Below, in pieces: positions 27,497 through 38,461 of a DNA stretch of 64,000 nucleotides. Where the stretch lies: contig CAWETI010000002.1 of assembly GCA_963812015.1 (NCBI GenBank), positions 704,001 through 768,000 on the forward strand, given 5' to 3'. The DNA is from an uncultured delta proteobacterium (lineage in GTDB: Bacteria > Desulfobacterota > Desulfobaccia > Desulfobaccales > 0-14-0-80-60-11). Position 1 is the first letter of the stretch, and the number at the start of each line of letters is the position of its first letter. Both the position numbers and the translations under genes were made by a program. Under the pieces are notes generated by a model. It was given only the letters and a program-made list of their open reading frames with translations. It was not told the origin of the DNA and searched no databases.

Positions 27497-29383
27497 CTAA
27501 CTGCCTTGCTTACACCGGCAGACGCCGGCCCGGCATTTTTTCTGCTGGATATGTTCGTCAATTTCCGCACGGAAATTTTTCAAGGCGCTCATCAAGGGAA
27601 CCCCGGCGGATTGCCCCAGGGGGCAGAAAGAGGCATCTTGTAAGGTGGCCGCCAGCCGTTCCAGGAAGGCCAGGTCCTCAGCCTTGCCCTGGCCCTGGCA
27701 GATCCGGGTGAGGGTCTGGAGCAGGCGGGGCGTCCCTTCCCGGCACGGGGTGCACTGGCCGCAGGATTCGTGCGCGAAGAAGATGGCGACCGAGCGCAGG
27801 AAATCCAGCACGCAGGTGGACTCGTCCATCACCAGCATGGTGCCGGAGCCCAGGGCGCCGCCGGCTTTGGACAGGGAGCCGTAGTCCATGGGCACATCCA
27901 GGGAGGCGGCCGTCACCAGGCCGGCGGAAGCGCCGCCGGTCTGGCACATCTTGAAGCTGCGGCCGGGTAAGAGACCGCCGCCGTAGGCGTCGATCAACTC
28001 CCGCAGGGTCATGCCCACCGGGGCTTCCACGATCTGGGGGGTCTGCACGTGGCCGATGATCTGGTAGATCTTGGTGCCCGAAGTGTCCGGGGTGCCCAGG
28101 CCTTTATACCAGGCCCCGCCCCGATTAATGATGGCCGGGACGCTGGCCAGGGTCTCGACGTTGTTCACCACCGTGGGACGGCCCCAGAGGCCCGAGACCC
28201 CGGGGAAAGGGGGCTTCAGCCGGGGGTAGCCCCGCTTGCCTTCCACGGATTCGATGAGGGCCGTTTCTTCCCCGCAGATATAGCAGCCGAAGCCGGAGCG
28301 CACCTCAATGGTAAAGGAGAAGTCGGTGCCGAAGAGCTTTTCTCCCAAAAAGCCCCGGGCCGTGGCCTGCTGAATGGCGGTTTCCAGACGGTACTTGGAA
28401 AGATAGTATTCTCCCCGGCAGTAGATAAAGCCCTGGCTGGCCCCCACCGCGTAGCCGGCAATGGCCATGCCTTCCAGGACCTTATGAGGATCGCCCTCCA
28501 TCAGGTAGCGGTCTTTGATGGTCCCCGGCTCTCCTTCGTCGGCATTGCAGACGAGGTATTTGGGAGTAACCGCCAGGGGCCGGGTGAACGACCACTTCAG
28601 GCCGGCGGGGAACCCGGCGCCGCCCCGGCCCCGGATTCCCGAGGCCTTCACTTCCTCGACCACGGCTTCCGGGGTCATGGTGGTCACGGCTTTCTTCAGG
28701 GCGCCGTAGCCGCCCCGGTCCAGGTAAGCCTGAATCTCCATGGGATCGATCAGGCCCACATTATCCATAAGCACCGGTTCAGCAGGACTCTGCTTGTACT
28801 TGCGATAATCCCCGGTGGAGTAGGGCAACTGGCGGAAATCCGGCGCTTTGCCGGCCCGGTAATCGGCCAGGACCTGCCGGATTTTCTCCCGGGTCAGGTT
28901 GCCGTGCACCACTTCGTTGATCTGCATGGCCGGGGCCACTTCACAGACCCCCAGGCAGGCCGACAACTCCAGGGTGAATAAGCCGTCCCCGGTGGTTTGG
29001 CCCACCGTAAGGCCCAGTTCCTCCTGCAAGGCCTCGAACATATTCTCGGCGCCGTTCACGTGGCACGGCGGCGACTGGCACATCCTGACGATGTATTTCC
29101 CCTTGGGTTTCCAGGTGAACATGGAATAGAAACTCATGGTGCCGAAGACGTCGCTGCCGGGGACGTTGAGTCCCGCGGCAATGGCCTCTTGCATGGGCAC
29201 CGGCAGGTAACCCATGATCTCCTGGGCTTCCTGGAGGACCGGCATCAGGTTCCCGGGGGTATCCCGGCGGCTGGCGATGACGGCCTCCAGCCGGTCTAAA
29301 ATTTCCGGGGTGATCTTCTCGGTTGGCACAATGGCGCTGGGGCCAAGATTGGTTGTCATGGGAGCCTCCACGTAACGGGTCAA
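27497..29383 (-). CDS. Fused NuoE-NuoF-like NADH-binding subunit of formate dehydrogenase
   Basis: CQSPPC...CLGVC [2Fe-2S] site; GRGGAGFP, NADEGEPG, YICGEETAL and ESCGQCTPCREG. Confidence 0.9.
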   Translation of the reverse strand: MTRYVEAPMTTNLGPSAIVPTEKITPEILDRLEAVIASRRDTPGNLMPVLQEAQEIMGYLPVPMQEAIAAGLNVPGSDVFGTMSFYSMFTWKPKGKYIVRMCQSPPCHVNGAENMFEALQEELGLTVGQTTGDGLFTLELSACLGVCEVAPAMQINEVVHGNLTREKIRQVLADYRAGKAPDFRQLPYSTGDYRKYKQSPAEPVLMDNVGLIDPMEIQAYLDRGGYGALKKAVTTMTPEAVVEEVKASGIRGRGGAGFPAGLKWSFTRPLAVTPKYLVCNADEGEPGTIKDRYLMEGDPHKVLEGMAIAGYAVGASQGFIYCRGEYYLSKYRLETAIQQATARGFLGEKLFGTDFSFTIEVRSGFGCYICGEETALIESVEGKRGYPRLKPPFPGVSGLWGRPTVVNNVETLASVPAIINRGGAWYKGLGTPDTSGTKIYQIIGHVQTPQIVEAPVGMTLRELIDAYGGGLLPGRSFKMCQTGGASAGLVTAASLDVPMDYGSLSKAGGALGSGTMLVMDESTCVLDFLRSVAIFFAHESCGQCTPCREGTPRLLQTLTRICQGQGKAEDLAFLERLAATLQDASFCPLGQSAGVPLMSALKNFRAEIDEHIQQKKCRAGVCRCKQGS

Positions 29384-32091
29384 GCCTTCTCGATATGCAC
29401 GGCGCAGACTTTGTATTCCGGGATTTTGGCCACCGGGTCCAGGGCGGCGTTGGTGAGCTTATTCACCGCCGCCTCATGGAAGTGGAAGGGCATGAAGATG
29501 GTCCCCCGCACGGCCTTGGGCGACACCTGGGCCCGGACGACCAGCTCTCCCCGGCGAGTCTTAACCCGTACTGCATCACCATCCCCGATGCCATAGTCAA
29601 TGGCGTCGCCGGCGGCAATTTCCACCAGGCATTCCGGGGCTTTTTCCTCCAGGCCCGGAGCCCGGCGGCTCATGGTGCCGGTATGATACTGGTAAAGCAC
29701 CCGCCCGGTGGTCAAAACCAGGGGATAGTCGGCGTCGGGCATTTCCGCCGGGTCCCGATGGTCAATGGCGAAGAAGGCCCCCTTACCCCGGGAAAACTGG
29801 CCCCGGTGCAAATAGACGGTGCCGGGGTGTTCCGTGGTGGGACAGGGCCATTGCAGTCCGCCCTCGGCCTCCAGGCGGGCATAGGTGATGCCGGCATAAG
29901 ACGGGGTGACCTGGCGAATCTCCTCGAAGATGGCTTCGGGGTCGGCATAGTCCATGGGGTAACCCAGGCGCCGGGAAATCTCGGCAATAATCTGCCAATC
30001 GGGCCGGGAGTCGCCCAGGGGCGGTATCACCTGGCGCACCGCGGCCACCCGCCGCTCCGTGTTGGAGAAGGTGCCGGCTTTTTCCGCAAAGGTGGTCGCG
30101 GGTAAAACCACGTCGGCCAGCACCGCGGTTTCGGTGAGAAAAATATCTTGCACTACCAGGAAATCCAACTGTTTAAGGGCCTTGACCAGGTGGTCGGAAT
30201 CAGGATCGGAAATGACCGGGTTCTCCCCGACGATATACAAGGCCTTGATTTTGCCCTCAGGAATGGCCGGCACCATACCGGTCATGGTCAGGCCCACCCA
30301 ATCCGGCAGGTTCTTGACCCCCCAGGCCGCCTCCATCTTGGCCCGGGCGCTCGCATCCGTCACCGGCTGATAACCGGAAAAGACGTTGGGCAGGCCGCCC
30401 ATGTCGCAGGCCCCCTGGACGTTGTTCTGGCCCCTGAGGGGGTTGACCCCGCCGCCCTCAATCCCGACGTTGCCGCACAGCATGGCCAGGTTGGCCATGG
30501 TCTTGACGTTATCGGTGCCGACGGTGTGTTGGGTGATCCCCATGGCATAGACGATGGCCGCGGCCTTGGCCTGGCCATACAGGCGGGCGGCGCGGCGCAG
30601 GTCCGCGGCGGGCACGCCGCTGATCTGTTCCACATATTCCGGGGTATATTTGGCCACGGTTTCCCGGAGGGCCGCGAAGTTTTCCGTACGTTCGGCAATA
30701 TAGGCCTGATCGTGCAAATTATCCTGGATGATGAGGTTCATCAAGCCGTTGAACACCGCGATGTCGGTGCCGGGACGCTGCCGCAGCCACAGGGTGGCGT
30801 GGCGCACCAGGTCGATGCGGCGCGGTTCGATAACGATGAGGGCTTTATTATTCAACCGCACCGCCCGCTTGATGCGGGTGGCGATCACCGGATGGGTCTC
30901 GGTGGTGTTGGAGCCCGTGACCAGGATACAATCTGAGTTCTCCAGTTCGGCGATGGAATTGGTCATCGCACCGGAGCCGAAGGAGGCGGCCAGTCCGGCC
31001 ACCGTGGAGCTGTGTCAGAGGCGGGCGCAGTGATCGACGTGATTGGTACCGATCACGGCGCGCATGAGCTTCTGCATCAGATAGTTTTCTTCATTGGTCA
31101 CCCGGGCCGAGCACCAGCCGCCGATCACCCCGGGGCCATCTTTATCCCGGATTCCTTGCAGGCGGGAAGCCACCAGGTCCAGGGCTTCGTCCCAGCCGGC
31201 TTCCCGGAAGACGCCGTCCTCCTTGATCAAGGGCGTCTTCAACCGGTCGGGATGATCCACAAAGTGCCAGCCGAAGCGTCCCTTGACGCACAGCTTCCCC
31301 TGGTTGGGTATGGCGTCGGCGCCAGTGACTTTCACAATGTGGTTGTCCTTGACGTGGACGTCCACCTGACAGCCGACCCCGCAGTAGGGGCAGGTGGTTT
31401 GAACCTGGGTGCGTTCCCAGGGACGTCCCCGGCCTCTCGCATGCTTGTCCAGGATGGCGCCCACCGGACAGGCCTGGAGGCACTCCCCGCAGAAGACGCA
31501 ATCGGAGTTGATATAGGGAAAATCCCCCCGGGCCACAATCTTGTTGTGCGCTCCCCGGTAGCCGATGGCGATGGCCTGGTTGACCTGCCGTTCATTGCAG
31601 GCCCGGACGCACCGGCCGCACATGACGCACTTGGAAAAATCCCGTACGATCATGCGGTTGTCGTCTTCATAGTAATAGGGGGTATCCGGCGGATTGGCAA
31701 AATCGGGCGTGGTCACCTGGTAGCGATAGGCCAGGGCCTGGAGCTCGCACTCGCCGTTAGCCTCACAGACCAGGCAATTGTGATTGCCCGAGGCCAGCAG
31801 CAGTTCGATGACCATCTTGCGAGCCGCCGTCACCCGGGGGGATTCGGTCTGGACCACCATTCCCGGGGCCGCCTGGGTGGCGCAGGCCGGGAGCAGGGTG
31901 CGGGCCCCCGCCACCTCCACCAGGCAGACCCGGCAGGCTCCCGTAGGCATCGTGTCTTTATAATTGCATAAAGTCGGCACCGCGATGCCGGCCCCCCGGG
32001 CGACTTCCAGAATTGTCTGCCCTGCCTCGAAATTCAGTGTCTCGCCGTTGATCGTCAGATTCGACGGAGGCATAGTTCCCGTGCCCTCCAT
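29380..32091 (-). CDS. fdhA: Selenocysteine-containing formate dehydrogenase alpha subunit (one gene; UGA at 31015-31017)
   Basis: ORFs 31015-32091 and 29380-31002 are in frame: [29 protein letters not shown]; Fe-S N-terminus and molybdopterin domains. Confidence 0.92.
30985..31003 (-). promoter_or_regulatory. Bacterial SECIS hairpin
   Basis: GGTGGCC-GGACT-GGCCGCC begins 11 nt after the UGA. Confidence 0.75.
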
Positions 32092-32412
32092 TTTGGGTTC
32101 GGCTTTGGAGCATATCGGCTGAAGCTCTTAGCGTTCAGCCCGCCCAGGCGGCCTGGCGCGCTCATTCCAAGAGTCCAGCACACCTGTGAAAATTATCTCA
32201 ATGTACCAGGTGTATTGTCAGAAAATCAAGCAGGAAATGCCCGTCTGCTTAAATATGTGCCGGGGCAACCGGATCATTCCGGACTGGGGGAATAATTCGG
32301 TGATTTAACCATGATTTTCTCATTTTCCCGGGCCATTGATTGGATAAGCGGTGGTAGACCGATGGATCAACCCGCCGGGGGCATGGCAAAAACGGGGCAT
32401 TAAAGGCCAGAG

Positions 32413-35400
32413 TTAGCCGGCCTCCTGGAGGGCACGTGGCGGGGTGGGGAGATCGGTTGCTCCGGCAGGTTCGGCCAGCACCACCCGATCTCGGCCCGTC
32501 TGCTTGGCGCGGTAGAGGGCGACATCGGCAGCGTTGATGATTTGCCGATCGGTATCGCCGTGGTTCGGATACACGGCCACCCCCAAGGAGAGCGTGGTGG
32601 GTTTCAGACCCGGTTGCAGCAGATACATTTTTTTGACGGCTTGACGCAAGGTTTCGGCCCGCTCCAGAGCAATCTCCACGGTGGTTCCGGGCATAATTAC
32701 TAAGAATTCTTCGCCGCCATAGCGGCAGGCGATGTCCTCCCCCCGGATATGGCTTCGCACCAGATTTCCCAGGGCGCTCAGCAGTGCATCCCCCGCAGTG
32801 TGGCCAAAGGTGTCGTTGTATTCTTTAAAATGGTCCAGATCCATCATGATTACCCCCAGAGGGGCCCCAAGCCGCTTGACCCGGATCAGCTCCCGTTCCA
32901 TGGTCTCCTCCAGGTAGCGGCGGTTGAACAATCCGGTGAGAGGGTCGCGAATTGCCTGGCTGCGCAGGCTCTCCCGGAGTCTCAAGTTCGCCAGGGCCAG
33001 GGCCATATCTTCGGCCACCGTCAGGGCCAACTGTTCTTTGGCCAACCCCAGGCCGGCTATCTGTTCTGTGGTCGGGGGGGGCAACTGGATATGTAATATG
33101 CCCAGGGTCTCCCCTTGGGCGATGAGGGGCACGCACAGATAGCCGCCGGGTATAGCCTGGGTAACGTGGCGGCAGAGCAGACCCTCTTGGGGATTTATCG
33201 CCCGGTGCAGCCGGCCGCGCCGCACCGACCAGCATTCATCCGGAGCAATAACCGAAGCCGCAGGTGGGACCTCGCCCCAACGGGCCACCGCCTCAAAGAG
33301 GTTCCGGGAGTTATTGAGCATGTACAGGGCCCCGGCGTCATCCGGGAAAAAACTGGGCATGAAAAGGCCGATAGTCTTGTAGGCCTCTTCCGAGACCTGG
33401 CAGGCTTGCAGCATATCCGCCATTTCATTGGACAGGCTCATGGTGCGATTGCGCTCCTCCACCTGGGCCACCATCTCCTGGAGACTCCGGTTGGTCTCCT
33501 GGAGGGCTATCTCCATCTGCTTGCGCTCGGTGACCTCATGCTGCAACTGCTGATTGACGGTGGCCAGATCATCCAGGGCCTTTTTGATCTCACTCAGGTC
33601 CCGGGCGACGCACATACTGCCGATCGCCTTATGGTTGCGGTCGTATAAGAGACTGATGGACAGGGCGAACAGGGCAATTCCCCCATCCTTTTTCTTTAAA
33701 TGGATCTCGTATCCCCGGACCGAGCCGTCCCGGCGTAATTGGGCCAAAATTCCTTGAAGTTCATTATTGTCGGCATACAGCTCAAAGGAAGATTTTCCTT
33801 CAATTTCACCGAAAGAATAGCCGAAGGCCTGCTCGGCAGCCTTATTCCATTGGATGATCCTGCCACGCTGGTCCACGATGCCGATGGGGTCGGCGGAGTT
33901 TTCTATGATATTTTCCAGGTATTCTTTGGCCTGCCGGACCTCATTTTCGGCCCGCTTGCGCTCGGTGATGTCCCGGACAAACACGAGCTCCCGGATCTGG
34001 TCCCCGTGGAGAATCTTGGCCGCAGTGCACTCCACATCGACCAAAGCCCCATCTCTTTTGCGATAACGAAGGTCCGATGACAGGGGTAGACCGTCTGACC
34101 CTTCCCAGGCGCATTCCTCCTGGGGCCCCAGAGAATCCGAGGATCGGACCTGGTCGATGTCCAGGCCGACAAGTTCTTCCGGACCGTAGCCCAGCCATTG
34201 GGCCATAAAGGGATTGGCATCGAGAATCCGGCGGGTTTCCGGGTCATAGACAAACACCGCCTCGGGGGCCGCGGCAAAAATGGCCCGGAAACGGGCCTCG
34301 GAGGCCAGGATGCGATTGGCCCCTTCCCGGATGGACAGATTGGTGCCAGCAGAGACCAAGGTTAAAAACACCAGGAAGAAAGCCGTGGTAATGCCCATGA
34401 AGCGGTAGTGCACTATGGGGTTGAATGGCTCCAAATTCACCAGGGCCCAGCCCGGGGCGATGACCGCATCGAGATTTTGCCGGGTGACTACATAACCCTT
34501 CCCGGCAAATTCCACTCGGGCTCCGTCAACGAGGGGCTGGGAAAAGATGGGGGTGAAGCGGTCGATCCCGTATTGGGCCTTGAAGTCGCCCGGGTCGGTG
34601 ACCACTACCGGCCACAGGCTTTGATAATCCAGGTCGGAACGGCTCGCCACAAACACGATGCCCTGGGGATCGATGAGAAAGGCCGGGTCATATCCCCGCA
34701 GGTCTTGTTGAAAACGATTCAGGCTCACTTTATAAACCGCCACTCCGAGGATCTTCCCCGTCGGGGCCTGGACCGGGTGGGCGGCATAAAACCCCCGCTT
34801 TTTCGAGGTGACCCCCAGGGCTAAATAGCACCCCACCTTGCCCGCCATGGCTTTCTGGAAGTAGGGCCGGAAGGCGTAGTTTTGTCCCACGAAGCTATCC
34901 GGGTCGCCCCGGTTGGAGGAGGCGATAGTGGTGCCGGAGGTATCCAGGAGGTAGGCCACCGAGGCCCCGAAGCTCTGTTTATACCGGTCCAGCACCGAGT
35001 TGGCCTGGGCCAGGGTCTGGGGGGACCTCGACTCCAGGGCCGGGGCGATCCAGGGAGACCCGCATATGGCCTTGACCACTTCCTCGGCTTCCTGGACTTC
35101 GAAAGCCAGGCGTTGAATGGCGAATTGATTGTCGGCTAGGCTGTCTTTCCGCACTTGCTGCCAGGCCAGGTTGCCCAGAAATTGGGTGAGGAGCCAGCCG
35201 GCGACCATGATGGCTGCCAGGGCGGCGCCCACGCCATACAGGTAGCGGGCTCGGTACCGGTGGCAGTGTTCATAGGTTGCGGGCCAGGAGACTTGAAAAT
35301 AGCCCGCGGTCATGGCGGCGATCCACACCGCCAGCAGGCCCCGCACCAGTTGGATCGGCAGGCCCGTAAGGTTCGAAAACGTCTCATAATTTACCGCCGC

Positions 35401-35952
35401 GGCCGGGAAGAACCCGGCCCGGGGCACTATCAGCCCGGTGGCCAGACCGTAGAGGATGAAACCGATGGCGCCGGCCAGCAGCCAGGGGCGGCCCCGGGGG
35501 TCGGCCGATTTTCCTTCCACATATAACACCCACCCCGCCCATAAACTCCCCACCAGTCCCAGGGCATAGCGGCTGGTGGCGTTTAAGCCGCTCCAGCCAT
35601 CGAGGGCCCCCAGGCCGGCGCCCAGGGCCAAAACGATTAAAAGCCAGCGCCCCGGTCCCCGGCCCCGCCTTTGGATCAGGCCGAGACGGCCGAATTCCAC
35701 CAGGCAGAGGAAAGATACGGTCATGACGGCCCAGCGGCAGGCGGCAAACCATACCCCATCCCCCCAGGACATGGCCAGGAGGTCCAGCCATTCGTTGAAC
35801 CCATGGGTGAGACCGAAGAGGGCCAGCCAGCCCCAGGGCAGCCGCTGGTTGACCTCTTGGGAAAGGATGTAGGAAACCACCCCCAGACCGATAAAGGCCA
35901 GGCCGTAAAAGAAGAAGATGTAATCCATCTGTCCCTGGAAAAAGGTGCTCAT
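32413..35952 (-). CDS. Membrane sensor diguanylate cyclase (TM region, Cache, 2 PAS, GAF, GGDEF)
   Basis: YAFRPYF Cache motif; RDITERK PAS linkers; DPLTGLFNRR; RGED I-site; GGEEF. Likely start 35952. Confidence 0.88.
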   Translation of the reverse strand: MSTFFQGQMDYIFFFYGLAFIGLGVVSYILSQEVNQRLPWGWLALFGLTHGFNEWLDLLAMSWGDGVWFAACRWAVMTVSFLCLVEFGRLGLIQRRGRGPGRWLLIVLALGAGLGALDGWSGLNATSRYALGLVGSLWAGWVLYVEGKSADPRGRPWLLAGAIGFILYGLATGLIVPRAGFFPAAAVNYETFSNLTGLPIQLVRGLLAVWIAAMTAGYFQVSWPATYEHCHRYRARYLYGVGAALAAIMVAGWLLTQFLGNLAWQQVRKDSLADNQFAIQRLAFEVQEAEEVVKAICGSPWIAPALESRSPQTLAQANSVLDRYKQSFGASVAYLLDTSGTTIASSNRGDPDSFVGQNYAFRPYFQKAMAGKVGCYLALGVTSKKRGFYAAHPVQAPTGKILGVAVYKVSLNRFQQDLRGYDPAFLIDPQGIVFVASRSDLDYQSLWPVVVTDPGDFKAQYGIDRFTPIFSQPLVDGARVEFAGKGYVVTRQNLDAVIAPGWALVNLEPFNPIVHYRFMGITTAFFLVFLTLVSAGTNLSIREGANRILASEARFRAIFAAAPEAVFVYDPETRRILDANPFMAQWLGYGPEELVGLDIDQVRSSDSLGPQEECAWEGSDGLPLSSDLRYRKRDGALVDVECTAAKILHGDQIRELVFVRDITERKRAENEVRQAKEYLENIIENSADPIGIVDQRGRIIQWNKAAEQAFGYSFGEIEGKSSFELYADNNELQGILAQLRRDGSVRGYEIHLKKKDGGIALFALSISLLYDRNHKAIGSMCVARDLSEIKKALDDLATVNQQLQHEVTERKQMEIALQETNRSLQEMVAQVEERNRTMSLSNEMADMLQACQVSEEAYKTIGLFMPSFFPDDAGALYMLNNSRNLFEAVARWGEVPPAASVIAPDECWSVRRGRLHRAINPQEGLLCRHVTQAIPGGYLCVPLIAQGETLGILHIQLPPPTTEQIAGLGLAKEQLALTVAEDMALALANLRLRESLRSQAIRDPLTGLFNRRYLEETMERELIRVKRLGAPLGVIMMDLDHFKEYNDTFGHTAGDALLSALGNLVRSHIRGEDIACRYGGEEFLVIMPGTTVEIALERAETLRQAVKKMYLLQPGLKPTTLSLGVAVYPNHGDTDRQIINAADVALYRAKQTGRDRVVLAEPAGATDLPTPPRALQEAG

Positions 35953-36622
35953 GGGTCCGGCTTGCTCCTCAGGCACGGGAAGGTGCGACGTCTGCGGTCT
36001 CGATGCGGGCCATCCCGCCTGCCGCACTCGGGCGCCGGCCACTGAGACGGCCTTCCCGCGATCTTGTGGCACATCTTACCTGGTTATCCATCCGGGGTAA
36101 ATCCGGACATCTACTGAAAACCGGTGACCAAACTCCTGAATCTTACCGGTGAGCCTCACCATCACCCGGGGGGAGGAACCCGCCCGGATCACCCAGGTCT
36201 CAGGTTAACTTGCCAGATATTCTCTATTTCGGTCCATCCTTAATGATTTGGTTATTCGGTATAAAATGCAGAGTAGTTAAATCTGAGGTGGATAAGGGTT
36301 TGGAAGTGGGGACGGAGTAGGACAAGGCGATTCGCCCGGGTAAGAGAGGGCCCTCGCGGAAACTTTTTTGACATCGGCCTCATCATGGGGTGCGGTGAAG
36401 AGGGGCCGCACCTTTGGCCCCATCATCTTTGCAAAGGCGGGGTGTCATGCTTCATTACTACTATTATGGCAAATTAAGCGGCCAATGGTGCGCCGCTCTC
36501 TATACATTTAAAGGGGTGGGGTGGATTTGCCAGGCGTAGCCCGCAGCAGGATTATGATTCGTGACCTAAGCCCCCTCTGGCCCCCAGACCTCCCAGGGAA
36601 AAAGGGCGTGAGGGGATGGTCA

Positions 36623-37699
36623 CTAAAATTGATACATACAGGAAAAGAGCGGGGTGATCGCGGTGGTGGCGTTCTTGCCGATGAGGTCAAAGTTCACCGA
36701 CATGGCGAAGCCTAACTTTTCCGTGACCATGTACTCGATGCCCGGATTTACGGAGAGCAAAGCCCCCGGCGGCAGGTTGGCCTGATGGCCGAACAGCCGC
36801 CCGCCGTCCCAATAGCTGGTGAGTTCCAGGAGGGCGATCCACTTATCGGTGATAAGATATTCCGCCGCCAGGTTCACCGTGACGAAGTCCCGGGGATAGT
36901 TGCGCACCTGGGTGGAGGCCGGGTCGCTCTCCGCCAGGTTGCCGTTTTCATCATTAAACAAACGGGCACGGTCCTCCCTGGTGCTGTAAGCGGTCTGCAT
37001 GGTGTACCAGAGATTGGCATAGAGGATAAAGGGCTTGAGACACTTGGACGTATTCAGGCCGGTGGTGAAGGCGTAGGCCCCCCCTCCCAGGATATCCGTA
37101 TCCAACCGCCCGGGATTGAGGTGGTTGAAGTGGCCGGTGGGGAACCCGGTGGCGAAGAGCGCGGTAACCGTGGGGTTCTTGGGTCCCTCTTCCAGCAGCT
37201 GGTATTTCATGGTCAGGTTGACGTCGCCAAGTCCCCCGAAACTGGCGGAGCGCTCCCCGTTCGGCCCCGGTTCTTTGACGCTGTTGGCCCAGTTGTTGAC
37301 GTAGGGGACCACCACGAAAACCTCCATATTTTTTATCAGACCATAGGTAAATTTCCAATCCATGCCGAAGTTCTTGAAATCGCCGCCGGCCGACACCCGG
37401 CGCCAGCTCTGGGTGAGGTTATTCGTGACGAAACCCAGGCCAAAGGTGGGTTGAACGGCAAATTTTCCCTTGTCCAGGGGGATAGCGGTATCAGTGATGA
37501 TAGGCCCAAAAGTGGGAGGGCATTCATCTTCCTTGGCTTCCTCTTTGCTTGCCGGTTTTCCCTCCTCCTTGGCGGCGGTTGCTACCGAGGCTTTTTCCTG
37601 TTCATCCCCGGCGAGAAGATCATTAGCCCAACCCGGCACCATCCACAGGGCCATCCAAAGACACAGTAATCCGAAGACGCTTCTCAGGTTCATAACCAT
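36623..37699 (-). CDS. Putative outer-membrane beta-barrel transporter (phenol MetA-deg/SphA-like)
   Basis: Signal peptide, PIITDTA, GLGDVNL motif, alternating beta strands, C-terminal Phe. Confidence 0.65.
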   Translation of the reverse strand: MVMNLRSVFGLLCLWMALWMVPGWANDLLAGDEQEKASVATAAKEEGKPASKEEAKEDECPPTFGPIITDTAIPLDKGKFAVQPTFGLGFVTNNLTQSWRRVSAGGDFKNFGMDWKFTYGLIKNMEVFVVVPYVNNWANSVKEPGPNGERSASFGGLGDVNLTMKYQLLEEGPKNPTVTALFATGFPTGHFNHLNPGRLDTDILGGGAYAFTTGLNTSKCLKPFILYANLWYTMQTAYSTREDRARLFNDENGNLAESDPASTQVRNYPRDFVTVNLAAEYLITDKWIALLELTSYWDGGRLFGHQANLPPGALLSVNPGIEYMVTEKLGFAMSVNFDLIGKNATTAITPLFSCMYQF

Positions 37700-37875
37700 T
37701 TTCCTTGCTTTTCAGTCAGGGTTGAGTTCTGGGGGTGCATGTCCGTAAAGAAGCAGGTTGATTTCCACACACCCTTTTCTGGTGCTTCCCGGGGCCTTGC
37801 CGGGCCCTGCAATCGGCCACCTGCCTGCAAGCGGGAGGCCTCTCCCCCGCCCAAAGCCTTTGCCGGCGGGGAACG

Positions 37876-37926
37876 AAAAAAGCCACGAACCCCCAGCGCC
37901 TTTCGACGCCAAAGCCTTCGTGGCTT
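37876..37926 (-). terminator. Intrinsic terminator inside the 5' leader of the transporter gene (attenuator)
   Basis: AAGCCACGAA...TTCGTGGCTT followed by a U run, with inner GAAA-capped hairpin. Confidence 0.75.
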
Positions 37927-37982
37927 GCCATTCCATGTGATGAGTATACGGCGATCTGGGCTTCATACCCCGACTTATTACA

Positions 37983-38011
37983 ACCCTATGGCAAGAAAAG
38001 GATTTTGTCAA
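37983..38011 (-). promoter_or_regulatory. Sigma70 promoter
   Basis: TTGACA-17 bp-TAGGGT on the minus strand. Confidence 0.6.
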
Positions 38012-38142
38012 CATGAGTTATCCGACAAATTGCCGAAAAAATTTTCTGATGCCTTAAAAAAACCCCCCGCCGCCTTCCCGGTCCAGGAACCTCACGCTTG
38101 ATGGCTAAGGCCCATGGATGCCGGGTCCCTGCATGGTGATGG

Positions 38143-38400
38143 CTAGCCGCTGAGTCGCACCGGGGGGTGCAGGGGCTGCAAAACCTTTTGATCCGTTTGG
38201 GCCACCAAAAGTTTGATGTCCCCACAACCATGGGTATACAGGTAGTGCCAGGCGTCATCCACTTCCAAAAATCCTTGCCGGGAGCCCACCAGTTCCACCC
38301 GGTCGGCGGGGAATCCCAGTGCCTTGCAGTGGTCGGCAAGATCGAAGCCCTCCGGCAGCTCCGTACCGCCCGCCAGATAAACGATCAATCCGCTCTTCAT
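38143..38400 (-). CDS. Small hypothetical protein, possibly degenerate CbiX-like half-domain
   Basis: GGAGG SD; follows cbiK; KSGLIVYLAG...VDDAWHYL..HGCGDIKLL pattern. Confidence 0.5.
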   Translation of the reverse strand: MKSGLIVYLAGGTELPEGFDLADHCKALGFPADRVELVGSRQGFLEVDDAWHYLYTHGCGDIKLLVAQTDQKVLQPLHPPVRLSG

Positions 38401-38461
38401 ACCAGCCTCCTCAATGTCCTGCGGTAAAGGTTATTACTCCGTGAGCATCGAGGCCCTGTTT

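Noticed and set aside
29380..32091. Formate dehydrogenase pseudogene or two separate genes
   Set aside because: The stop is an in-frame UGA at the catalytic Sec position with a SECIS hairpin.
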